Assembly: GCA_963663765.2 (NCBI GenBank)
Contig: CAXXUA010000002.1
Coordinates: 64,001 to 128,000, forward strand
Direction: 5' to 3'
DNA length: 64,000 bases
DNA from: Candidatus Poribacteria bacterium
Lineage (GTDB): Bacteria > Poribacteria > WGA-4E > WGA-3G
Position 1 is the stretch's first letter. Each line of letters starts with the position of its first letter. Shown in pieces: positions 1 through 8,969 of this stretch. The notes beneath the pieces are model-generated. The model was not told the origin of the DNA and ran no database searches. It saw only the letters and a program-made list of their open reading frames with translations. The position numbers were made by a program, and so were the translations under genes.

Positions 1-2
1 AC

Positions 3-572
3 TACGGTGCTACCGGTGACAATCCAGCGGATCTAAATGGCGATGGAGAAGTGAATCTATTGGATCTATTCTTGATTGCTAATGTATTAGATAACATAGA
101 TTCAGCACCAGCAAAGCATACGGTTACAAGTGAAGAACTGACTGCAGCTCAAGTGCAAACGTGGTTGAAACTTGCCAAACAAGATTCGCTACAAACACTG
201 AATGTATCTAAAACTGACGTACTTACTTATCAACGCGGGATTCAAGTGCTGGAACAGATTTTAGTTACGTTAGTACCAAAAGAAACATCGCTTCTTGCTA
301 ACTACCCAAATCCATTCAACCCGGAGACATGGATACCATATCAGTTGGCAGTACCTGCCGATGTCAGCATCTCAATCCATGCTGCAGATGGTAAATTGGT
401 CAGAAAGTTGTCGTTAGGAAACCTTCCTGCAGGCACTTATCAAGATCGTTCCCGTGCTGCGTATTGGGATGGCAAAAACGAGTTTGGCGAGAAGGTTGCA
501 AGTGGTGTGTATTTCTATACACTTACTGCAGGCGATTTTACCGCTACGCGCAAAATGTTGATACTAAAATAG
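3..572 (+). CDS. 3' part of a secreted protein: dockerin-like motif plus FlgD-Ig/T9SS-type-A-like C-terminal domain (5' end outside window)
   Basis: Frame open from the window edge (YGATGDNPADLNGDGEVNLLDL); ends LLANYPNPFNPETWIPYQL...TATRKMLILK. Confidence 0.85.
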   Translation, partial: YGATGDNPADLNGDGEVNLLDLFLIANVLDNIDSAPAKHTVTSEELTAAQVQTWLKLAKQDSLQTLNVSKTDVLTYQRGIQVLEQILVTLVPKETSLLANYPNPFNPETWIPYQLAVPADVSISIHAADGKLVRKLSLGNLPAGTYQDRSRAAYWDGKNEFGEKVASGVYFYTLTAGDFTATRKMLILK

Positions 573-703
573 TATCAAATGACCATAGGATAGCTGGAAT
601 GCTGATGTTTATTAGCTTCGCAACCATCGTTGATGAGTGGGTTAAGTTGGAATCGCTATCATTCTCTTTGAGTAATGATGCGATTAACGGTAAACATTCT
701 TAG

Positions 704-732
704 AGTATAGCAAAACAAGTAGCAGTTGTCAA
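704..732 (-). promoter_or_regulatory. Near-consensus sigma70 promoter pointing out of the DUF1670 unit
   Basis: Minus strand TTGACA (732-727), 17-bp spacer, TATACT (709-704). Confidence 0.6.
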
Positions 733-801
733 TCCTATTTTCAAGGAAACTGCCTCGGTTTTGCTGAATAATGTTCGTCTGGTGGAACAGGAGGTTTAGT
801 A

Positions 802-1686
802 TCATTGTTCTTCTCCTTGGCGTGTTTTTGCATCGTTTGCAGATGAATTGGCAAGGTTTGCATCCATAGCTTGAAGTTGGTGCTGTGGAATAAGGTCAAG
901 ATATTGAGTGATAACGCGTTTAGAAAGTCGTGTAATCTGTGAGATTGTATCAATATCTGCAGTTGCGTTGCGAACGACTTTTATGCTCTCATAGTCGCGA
1001 ATGTATCGGTCAACTGCCTCTTTAGAGTGTTTGGTCTTTGCGGCAATTCTGGGGGTGAGATGTCCTTGAAGATAGAGGGTGATGATCTCTTTCTTGTGGG
1101 TAATAGCACCTGATAAATCATGGATGTTGCCGCGAGTGGGCAAGATGTCGCCAGTGGTTTTTTGCCATTCATTGACATAATCACAGACAACAGCATCGCA
1201 GACGTTCAGCAAGACAGCTAAATCGAGTTGTGTCAATAAGGCACCTTGGTCATAAGCTTGATGACACCAGCGGACTAAGCGATTGATTCGCAGTTGTCGG
1301 GAGGTAAATCCGTTTCGAAAAGATTCAATATCCTCGGTAGCGAGATAGGTCAAGATGATGGGTTTCATCCGAGTTTTGACGATGGACTTCCCTCTTTCTG
1401 GATGTTCATCAATAGGGACGGCCATCCAAACGAGTTGTCCATAACTCAGGAAACGCTCATCTGTGAGTTGATCGCCGGTGGCGAGTTTCTCCAAGGGGAG
1501 GGTAATTACGAAATAGTCCTCAACGGTCTTGAGAATATCATCAACAATGGCAGTGGCAGTGACTTCGCCTTTGTCATACCCGTAGTCATTGAGAAAGCGA
1601 TGGATAAGCAACTGTCGTAGGGACTTATCGTTGATGCGTCTGAATTTTTTTTCGTTGATTTGCGTGCGGGTTAGAGGTTTGCTCAT
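802..1686 (-). CDS. DUF1670-like HTH-containing protein (second of pair)
   Basis: Motif LLTQLDLAVLL...LPTRGNIHDLSGAITHKKEIITLYLQG...TKHSKEAVDRYIRD; ATGA overlap with upstream paralog. Confidence 0.8.
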   Translation of the reverse strand: MSKPLTRTQINEKKFRRINDKSLRQLLIHRFLNDYGYDKGEVTATAIVDDILKTVEDYFVITLPLEKLATGDQLTDERFLSYGQLVWMAVPIDEHPERGKSIVKTRMKPIILTYLATEDIESFRNGFTSRQLRINRLVRWCHQAYDQGALLTQLDLAVLLNVCDAVVCDYVNEWQKTTGDILPTRGNIHDLSGAITHKKEIITLYLQGHLTPRIAAKTKHSKEAVDRYIRDYESIKVVRNATADIDTISQITRLSKRVITQYLDLIPQHQLQAMDANLANSSANDAKTRQGEEQ

Positions 1687-2483
1687 GAGAGGTCCCCCTT
1701 TTTTGTGTCCTCTGGTTCAGGGTGAAGGAGTTGGGTCATGCGATCGGTGTGTTGATATTCCTTGAACAGCGAGAGATACTCGCGTATCAACCGGTCAGAG
1801 AGATGAGAAATCAGGCGTATCTGTGCATTAGGGAAGCCTTGATGATGGAGCGTGGCAACTTGTGTGAAATCTCTCAAGTAGCGGTAGACAGCCCGTTCGC
1901 TGTGGTTTGTTTTTTGCTCGATTTCGGTGAAGGTATAGGCTTTGAAATATAACTCCAAGATCTGTGTCTTATGAGAAGTGCCGGGACCCATGTCGTGTTT
2001 CGTCCCGCGCGTCATAACGAAATATCCTTCCTGCTTCAACTGGCGAATGTCGCGTTTGACTGTAGCAGGACTGGTGGTCAATAGGACCGCTAAATCCTCA
2101 TAGCTCAGTAAGGAATCTTGGTCATAAGCTTCTTTGGTCAATCGGAGGACCCGATGTCGTCTGAGTCCTGCGAGCCCATAAGTTGCTAAGACCTCAAGAT
2201 CAGCGTTTGTGTCATTGAGGGTGAGCCGACAGGAGATTTTTTTCGCTAAAGCGATGTGTTTCCCTGCGGGTTCCTCAGCGGCGACAGCCTCGTAGCAGAT
2301 TTGTCCTGATGTCAGTTTCACATCGGTATGTTGTTCAAAGTAAGTAGAAATCTGTTTATAGTAGGCTTCAGCAACAATAGGCATTAGATTAAAGTCTGCT
2401 GAAATCTTCTGAATAATAGCGGCTCTGGCATTCTTGGATTCGAGCCGGGTAATACCGTAGGCGGTATCCTTTTTGCGGTTCAT
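1683..2483 (-). CDS. DUF1670-like HTH-containing protein (first of pair)
   Basis: Motif LLSYEDLAVLLTTSPATVKRDI...TRGTKHDMGPGTSHKTQILELY...TNHSERAVYRYLRDF; GGAGG RBS before ATG at 2483 (ORF track starts at 2522). Confidence 0.8.
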   Translation of the reverse strand: MNRKKDTAYGITRLESKNARAAIIQKISADFNLMPIVAEAYYKQISTYFEQHTDVKLTSGQICYEAVAAEEPAGKHIALAKKISCRLTLNDTNADLEVLATYGLAGLRRHRVLRLTKEAYDQDSLLSYEDLAVLLTTSPATVKRDIRQLKQEGYFVMTRGTKHDMGPGTSHKTQILELYFKAYTFTEIEQKTNHSERAVYRYLRDFTQVATLHHQGFPNAQIRLISHLSDRLIREYLSLFKEYQHTDRMTQLLHPEPEDTKKGDLS

Positions 2484-2549
2484 GTTGACCTCCATGAATA
2501 GATTAACGGTATCCGAATACATCTACTCGTTAGTATAACTCATACTAAA

Positions 2550-2578
2550 AGTATAACTCATGGGGTCATTTGATACAA
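2550..2578 (-). promoter_or_regulatory. Putative promoter of the DUF1670 pair, overlapping the right inverted repeat
   Basis: Minus strand TTGTAT (2578-2573), 17 bp, TATACT (2555-2550); AGTATAACTCAT directly repeated at 2532 and 2550. Confidence 0.45.
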
Positions 2579-2616
2579 ACTATAAATAGTAAAACCCGAT
2601 GCGCTATTAGGTTGTC

Positions 2617-3159
2617 GTGGTAACGTATCATGTATGCGTTACCACTCATATTGTATATACACAATTGAGAGGAAGAACAATAAATATTGAACTTGAACAA
2701 ATTTCAATTGATGAAAAACCTGTTCTCCGTAATCTGATGCAGTTGTGTTTTCACGATTACAGTGAGTTTAATAACGAGGATGTTGGACCTTATGGACTGT
2801 TCAACTATAAATATCTCGACTACTATTGGACAGAACCTGATCGTTTTGCTTACTTCGTAAAAGTTGAAGGAAAATTGGCAGGTTTTGCTCTCGGCATGCA
2901 TAACCGTTTAGTGGATGGAGAGAACGTAAATATTCTCTCCGAGTTCTTCATTCTCAGAAAATACAGACGAAAGGGGATAGGAATAAAGACTGCCCATAGT
3001 TTATTCAGAAAATATTCCGGTAAATGGTCAATTGTACAAGAAAAATATAATTATCCTGCCCAAACTTTTTGGAGAAAAGTTATTAACGAATATACAAAAG
3101 GCAACTTCACGGAAAGGCAACAAGAGAAAGGACCAATCCAAGAGTTTGAGACACCATAA
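2617..3159 (+). CDS. GNAT family N-acetyltransferase
   Basis: EFFILRKYRRKGIG acetyl-CoA motif, AQTFWRKVI; best RBS precedes an ATA at 2680. Confidence 0.8.
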   Translation: MVTYHVCVTTHIVYTQLRGRTINIELEQISIDEKPVLRNLMQLCFHDYSEFNNEDVGPYGLFNYKYLDYYWTEPDRFAYFVKVEGKLAGFALGMHNRLVDGENVNILSEFFILRKYRRKGIGIKTAHSLFRKYSGKWSIVQEKYNYPAQTFWRKVINEYTKGNFTERQQEKGPIQEFETP

Positions 3160-3285
3160 CAATATCCCTATGCATGCATACTGAATACCGAAACATGGAA
3201 CTTGTAGAAGTAAATTCCATCAATTAACTTGTTCTATGGAGGATAACTGTTGAAACGATTTTTTAGTTAAAATCCGAAATATATT

Positions 3286-4162
3286 TACAGCGTATCTCAT
3301 AAATACTTTATTAGTAGTTGAATACAAGCGAGATGAACAAATCCTAAATAGTTCATAACTTTATGTTCCCACCTCACTACCAACCTCCGAAAATCCTCAA
3401 GCCAACTGAAAAAACGCTCCACTTTGTAGCGACGCTTATACCGGCGTAATCGACGACCATCCTGTGTCACAGCGGACTTACGATTCTTTTTATGCGGGGC
3501 TACCATTTCAATGCCACGACACCTGAGTGTTTTATCTAATGGATCCGAATCATATGCTTTGTCGCCTATCAATACTGCTGGCATTGCCGATACAAAACTC
3601 ACATCTAATATCGGTTCAACCAGACGCACCTCATGCCGTGATGCGCTGGCAACCAAAACACTCACAGGTCTCCCACACTTTTCTGTAATCGCCATCAGTT
3701 TCGTCCCTTTACCACACTTCGTTTTACCGACACACTCTCCCCCTTTTTCGCAGGAACGAACTTGGCATCAATACAACATTCACTCAGATGCAGTTTACGC
3801 TGTTTGTCGAGTCTAACTGCTATCATTTCAAACACACTTTTTAGCGTCCCATCAATACACCATTGCTGGAAACGACGATGACACGTTTGATACGATGGAT
3901 ACTTCTTCGGTAAATCACGCCAAGGTGCTCCCGTCCGCAACATCCAAAGTATCCCGTCTAATACTTCTCTATTATCACGCCAAGGTCTCCCGCGCTTACC
4001 TGAAGGAAGTTCGAGGCAACAAAGGTTCAATGATTTCCCATTCTTTATCACTCAGTTCCATACAAACCATCTCCTAACTCTTACATTTTCTCAAAAGTCT
4101 AACAGAGATGATTACTTATTAAAAGTTTTTTTATAAGTTGACTATTTATGAGATACGCTCTA
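3286..4162 (-). mobile_element. IS5-family (IS427-like, two-ORF) insertion sequence, probably inactive
   Basis: Inverted repeats AGCGTATCTCATAAAT with terminal TA; orfA (GRPWRDNREVLDGILWMLRTGAPWRDLP), orfB (GDKAYDS, YKRRYKVERFFSWL); A5G5 slippery site; extra frameshift after MELSDKEWEIIEPLLP (ATG at 4061). Confidence 0.9.
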
Positions 4163-4470
4163 ATATTAATTCAATTTACTCGGCATTAAAATACAAAATC
4201 AAGCTATCATAGGTTTCGTAGATGTAAGATGTGTCGAAAAAACATTTGACAAACGTGGTTTTGTGTATTAACATTAGGTCAACGTGTCGACGGATGACAC
4301 ATGCGTGTGGTGCCCGTCTGTATATTACATAAATTGTTAACCATGTCAATATCTATAAGGGTTTATCGTGTATGAGAACATTCAAAGTTCTCACACCTAT
4401 GTTTTTGTATCTTGTATTTGTAAGTGCGCATTACAATACCCTTCCCATTACAATATCACTTCAAAATGGT

Positions 4471-4502
4471 GCGGTGGCACTCTCAAGCGAGAGTGCCACC
4501 GC
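4471..4502. terminator. Perfect 14-bp-stem hairpin downstream of the cohesin/dockerin gene
   Basis: GCGGTGGCACTCTC-AAGC-GAGAGTGCCACCGC. Confidence 0.5.
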
Positions 4503-4666
4503 TGTAATGCGGAGTAGATGATACCACTGATACACGAAAAAGTCGAATTTTTTGATCGACAAACATATTAACGGTGTCTACATCCCAAAACTAAAGCAGT
4601 GGGTTTTGACACCGAACGTTTGATAATAATACTTTTTCGTGCAAATTATACATTTTCATTGATTTT

Positions 4667-6124
4667 CTACTCATCAATCTGTGCTGTTGTTGCCTTACCG
4701 AAATCGTGTGCAACCTGCACTAAGTCTAAGATGTTTATCTCACCATCACCATTGACATCGGTCGCTGCATTTTCGTCTGATACAGGTTCTCCGAAGTAGG
4801 AAGCGACGCGAACCAAATCCAAGATATTGACGACACCATCACCATTGACATCGGTCGGTAGGTTTTCATCGATGAGTGGCATCAAGTCGGTTATTACCAT
4901 CTCTTGGATCGTGGCAGGTAGCGGTGTATCAAAGGCATCTGAGAGCATCAGCTCCGGTAAAGCGATGATGGCAGGTGTATCCGGGTCGATAACTTCAAAA
5001 GTAAGTGTCACAAGTGTACCATTACCATCTTTTGCAACTGGTAGGTGCGTGTCCGAACCGATCGCAGCAGAACTAAGTATTGAGATACCCCAATATTCTG
5101 CATTCGGACGTGCTAATTCGGGTGGGACTTCAGGAATTTGAAAAAAGAAATCCGATACTGAAAGTTTTTGTTCGCCGAAAGTTACTGTGGTGCCAGTCTG
5201 TGTCGCATCACCGACATCAAGCGAGAGTATATAAGTATCATCTTCATCAAGTATCGGACGGATGAAAATACCACCACTGTGCAGGTAATTCCCTTGTGTT
5301 GCCGAGATATATTTCAACACCTTTGCGTCGAAGGCAACCAAGCCACCATATCCTGCGACATCTTTACCACCATTCAATTGAATACCTATTTTTATATATT
5401 GTGCGTCTTTGGTGGGTTTCTGTTCAATAGAAACCACCATCAAAGGGGTTTCCGTTATCGGTTCTACTAAGTTGTAGCTCTGTAATTCGAACAGAATATC
5501 TTGAGCACTAATAAATTTGACAGGTCCCACGTCAGGTGCTAACCATTGGTATGAAGTCTTGCGTAGGACTGTGGATGCTGTGGCATCCTTTTGGTTTATC
5601 TCCAACTTGACACAGTCCTCAAATACACCCGCTGGGGTTTGTATGTCTTCAATTGCGACAACTTTTATCGTGCTCGTGGTGGTCACTGCACCCACCAGAT
5701 CGAGTTCTGTTTCTGTGAGTATCTGCCAAGTGTGTCCGAGTGGTAAATCGGCTGGAAAGAAAGTGACCGGTGGTACGTAAGTCGCTTCTGCAATGCCGAA
5801 AGGACCTTGATCTGTTGTGCTCTGATGTAATAAAAGACTGCCATCATTTTCAACGGTGATACTGTATATGTCCGTGCTGGTTGTTATACCTGTTCCGATC
5901 CCCTCATTCGTTACCTTTAGCACGATAAGCCCTTCAACATCCGTATCCTCTGACGCTTGAAGTGTATAGGTGAGTTGTTGACCACCGTCGTCACTCACAA
6001 ACACCCACGTATTACCGATTTCAGATGGATAATAGTTTGTAGCGGTCGCTGTGACTGTAAAACAGAAAATCAGGCATAATACTAAAAGTGCCTTCTGACA
6101 AGACACAATACTGGTAAACTTCAT
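4667..6124 (-). CDS. Secreted protein: N-terminal beta domain, cohesin-like domain, C-terminal dockerin
   Basis: Signal peptide; YYPSEIGNTW...TPAGVFEDCVK; DVAGY..VAFDAKVLKY...GNGTLVTLTFEV; two DVNGDG.(V/I)NILDLV repeats. Confidence 0.75.
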   Translation of the reverse strand: MKFTSIVSCQKALLVLCLIFCFTVTATATNYYPSEIGNTWVFVSDDGGQQLTYTLQASEDTDVEGLIVLKVTNEGIGTGITTSTDIYSITVENDGSLLLHQSTTDQGPFGIAEATYVPPVTFFPADLPLGHTWQILTETELDLVGAVTTTSTIKVVAIEDIQTPAGVFEDCVKLEINQKDATASTVLRKTSYQWLAPDVGPVKFISAQDILFELQSYNLVEPITETPLMVVSIEQKPTKDAQYIKIGIQLNGGKDVAGYGGLVAFDAKVLKYISATQGNYLHSGGIFIRPILDEDDTYILSLDVGDATQTGTTVTFGEQKLSVSDFFFQIPEVPPELARPNAEYWGISILSSAAIGSDTHLPVAKDGNGTLVTLTFEVIDPDTPAIIALPELMLSDAFDTPLPATIQEMVITDLMPLIDENLPTDVNGDGVVNILDLVRVASYFGEPVSDENAATDVNGDGEINILDLVQVAHDFGKATTAQIDE

Positions 6125-6167
6125 ATTCTAAGTCTCCTTTGTCCTATTGAAATAGCCGTATTGGCAG

Positions 6168-7781
6168 TTATTCTTCGGTCATCTCCGCTTCCGTTGAAAG
6201 ATAATAATACCCGACGATTATGCACATCTCGTCTTCAGATGTAAATCCGAACTCAATCGGCACCTCGCGATCGTAGTTGTTATGGGTGCACTGAAAACTT
6301 AGTCCATCGGTCGCATCAAGCATCAGCGGTGGGTTATAGTACGTGATCGGTGCGCTATCATAAACGATACTCCTATGAAGCAATTCATTTGTTGACATCC
6401 GCGTAATTTCAAACAACTCACCATGTCTATGCATGTGAGATGACAGTGTAATTATATTCATGACGGCATCGGAAGGGGCACCGCGTAGGTGAAGTTCATC
6501 TTCAACATACCAGTCCAGTTTCGCTACACGGGTGAGACCCGGTGGAATGTTAAGATCCGTATTGGATACGAAAATCTCTATCGCCTCATGCTTGACTTCT
6601 TCAGGCGGAAGCGTGTAAATATTAATATAAACTTCACCGACGAGTGTTTCTGTGCCTAATAAGTTGATGTAGTGAGAGTTCATGTCGAACAACGTGTCGC
6701 CAGGGAGACGCATCGCAACACCTTCAGGGAATTCAAAGGAGAAGTCCCTATTTTGTGTCCCGCCAACAAATAACCGGTGAATCCCTATATTTCCAAATGC
6801 TTGCGGATTGGCTGGATCAAGTTCACGAAAAACGTGGTTCGGGTCAACGCCTATTCCCGGTGTGACACCCGCTTGCAGAATGTCTTCTTCTATTGCTGCA
6901 TCGGTGAGTCTGTATAAGATAAAGTGATGACTGCCTGTCGGGTAGAATATCTCGTATCCTTTGATGAATATATCGCCTTCTATCAGATCACCATTTTCAT
7001 CCCGGATCTGTGTTGCGTAAAAGACCTCGCGTTCGGTACCCGGTTCGATCATGTAAGGCGGTAAATGCAACTGATACCCCTGCCCCGGTAGCGGTGCTGC
7101 CGGTGGCACAAATCTTTCTTCGGGATCTCGTAGCAAACCAAGATCACCAACCCCTTCTATTTTACCTGTCTGTGGCGCACCGGCAGCGATCCATTTCCGA
7201 ATAGCATCTATTTTGCCGTCGTGAAGCACACCACTACCAAGGGGCATCCTTTGCCCATGTTCCTGTGATATAGGGGTAATCAGCTTCGTCAACAGGAAAC
7301 TATTTTCAGGATTGCCCGGATCAACAAGTTTCATACCCGATGCCGACGGGTTCTCCGGGGCTTGTCCAATTAGTTCCTCATAAGAAGACCTATAGCTGAG
7401 GTCCAAACCAGCAACATTTGTCGGTGCCGCATGGCACGCACTATTCACACAGCTTTTATCAAAAATATACTCTTGAATAGCGTGATAAGTTGAATGCTCA
7501 TCCGGTAATGTTTCCCCAAAACGATTGCTGACACGAACAAGATCAAGGATATTGATAATACCATCGCGATTGACATCAGGGTCATGTAAAGCCGTGCGAT
7601 CTCGCGGCTGTCCAAAAGCAGCTGCGACAAGCACTAAATCTTGAATATTTACCACCCCGTCTTTGTTCACATCCTCTAACAAAGTCGGGGAATCGCTGTG
7701 TCCAAACACAGTTGAAGATACTATCACCATAGACACAAGAAACAGAGACAAATAAACTATTTTTTTCAACATCAAGAACAT
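6168..7781 (-). CDS. Secreted dockerin + cytochrome-c-like + copper type II (PHM/DBH-like) monooxygenase protein
   Basis: DVNKDGVVNIQDLV and a second repeat; CVNSACH...RMPL...IRKWIAAGA; HHF, HYIN, SHMH, EDEMC copper-ligand motifs. Confidence 0.75.
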   Translation of the reverse strand: MFLMLKKIVYLSLFLVSMVIVSSTVFGHSDSPTLLEDVNKDGVVNIQDLVLVAAAFGQPRDRTALHDPDVNRDGIINILDLVRVSNRFGETLPDEHSTYHAIQEYIFDKSCVNSACHAAPTNVAGLDLSYRSSYEELIGQAPENPSASGMKLVDPGNPENSFLLTKLITPISQEHGQRMPLGSGVLHDGKIDAIRKWIAAGAPQTGKIEGVGDLGLLRDPEERFVPPAAPLPGQGYQLHLPPYMIEPGTEREVFYATQIRDENGDLIEGDIFIKGYEIFYPTGSHHFILYRLTDAAIEEDILQAGVTPGIGVDPNHVFRELDPANPQAFGNIGIHRLFVGGTQNRDFSFEFPEGVAMRLPGDTLFDMNSHYINLLGTETLVGEVYINIYTLPPEEVKHEAIEIFVSNTDLNIPPGLTRVAKLDWYVEDELHLRGAPSDAVMNIITLSSHMHRHGELFEITRMSTNELLHRSIVYDSAPITYYNPPLMLDATDGLSFQCTHNNYDREVPIEFGFTSEDEMCIIVGYYYLSTEAEMTEE

Positions 7782-7944
7782 CCTAATTTAACGTGAGTTT
7801 AATATTTAATAATTAAAAATTGGTAAATAGAGAACTTCTTTATTATTATCAAGTATACCAAATACTTACAAGGAGTTCTCTGACAGATATTATAACTCTT
7901 TTTTCTGAAATTGGCGACTTTTTTTCGCATTTGAAGGGAATTAA

Positions 7945-8326
7945 CTGGCAATCCCAAGCATTTATGCTTAGGTCAAAAAACGCTTGATATTGCGATAAAA
8001 TGTGGTATTATATATTCAGCATCATAGGACAGGGTTTCTACCTCAATACTTCCCAGTATTGAGTCCTGTCCCCAATCGTAGAAAATTGGTGATGCTGGTG
8101 CGAAATAACATAAAACATTAGAATGTAGCAGATTATTTATATTGTAGACGACCTCTACATCCCTGCTACATTCACTAATAAACTACCTTAGGATATACTG
8201 AAAGTCACGCCTTGTGGAGTCCGAATAAGACCACATTTTGTGGCACGAGAGACGGAAGCAGGAATCACATAGACTAAAGTTATGTGATTCAAAGAAGCAC
8301 ACGACTTTAGTCGTCGTGAGTATCAC
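7945..8326 (+). mobile_element. Non-autonomous IS200/IS605-type remnant retaining the tnpB 3' end/omegaRNA-like region
   Basis: Left hairpin CCCAAGCATTTATGCTTAGG; right part ACGCCTTGTGGAG...TAAGACC...GAAGCAGGAA...GAAGCACACGACTTTAGTCGTCGTGAGTATCAC; no long ORF; left boundary approximate. Confidence 0.65.
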
Positions 8327-8547
8327 AAATATCTTATACCAAACTTATCCCCAAATTTATTGAACCGACGCGCGACCAACTGAATCGTAGAGGCGGCGTT
8401 ACATGGGCACATCTGGCGTTTGCTTACAAACACGTCTTCACACGAAATGACAACGAACTCGTCTGTGCAAGCTTAGAAAAGAAATAAAATCTGGTAAATG
8501 CCACATTGTGAGAGGTGTAATGTATTGTGCATTTACGAACCTTGACG

Positions 8548-8730
8548 GGGTGTGTAAAGTTTTTGTAGAAACCCAGATTTTAAAAGAAGTCCGTCCAGTT
8601 TCTATTAAAGCTTACTTGACGTTACGGAACTGTGGACATCGTAGGGGCGAGGTTTCCTCGCCCGCGTAAAACTTCTGTTCGGGCGGGGAGACCCCGTCCC
8701 TACGCACAGTAACCAAAACTTTACACACCC
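8548..8730. mobile_element. MITE with GGGTGTGTAAAGTTTT terminal repeats enclosing a REP-like doublet
   Basis: Perfect 16-bp TIR; GTAGGGGCGAGG...CCCGTCCCTAC at 8641-8703. Confidence 0.8.
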
Positions 8731-8929
8731 ACTTGAAACCCGCATTTTTTCCTGCTTGAGTAGCTGTCAGTGTTTTGTCATCAAGCATACTAACAATCCG
8801 TTTCGCACGCTGCACCGTCCGAAACGGATGCATGCGTGAACTCGCAAGTCTCCTCAATTCAGCGTTTTCTTCCTCATTGACCTCACGAATGTGATGTATT
8901 CGTTTTCCCATCTCAATTCTCCTCTCCAT
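8731..8929 (-). pseudogene. IS630-family transposase N-terminal fragment, cut by the MITE
   Basis: EEENAELRRLASSR..P..TVQRAKRI; frame runs into the MITE TIR at 8730. Confidence 0.6.
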
Positions 8930-8969
8930 TTTTTGAATTCAATAGATAGAAGAATTATACCACAATATC

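Larger units (their letters stand above)
572..2576. mobile_element. Putative mobile unit carrying two DUF1670-like genes, bracketed by a 13-bp perfect inverted repeat
   Basis: GTATCAAATGACC at 572-584 and GGTCATTTGATAC at 2564-2576; CAT present at both inner junctions. Confidence 0.55.

Noticed and set aside
659-805. 48-aa minus-strand ORF coupled (ATGA) to the second DUF1670 gene
   Set aside because: No recognisable motif and it runs over a consensus promoter; cannot be supported as a gene, though not excluded
3153-3240. Integron attC site after the GNAT gene (CCATAAC ... GTTCTATGG)
   Set aside because: End boxes only loosely complementary, no clear internal L boxes, no second cassette or integrase in view
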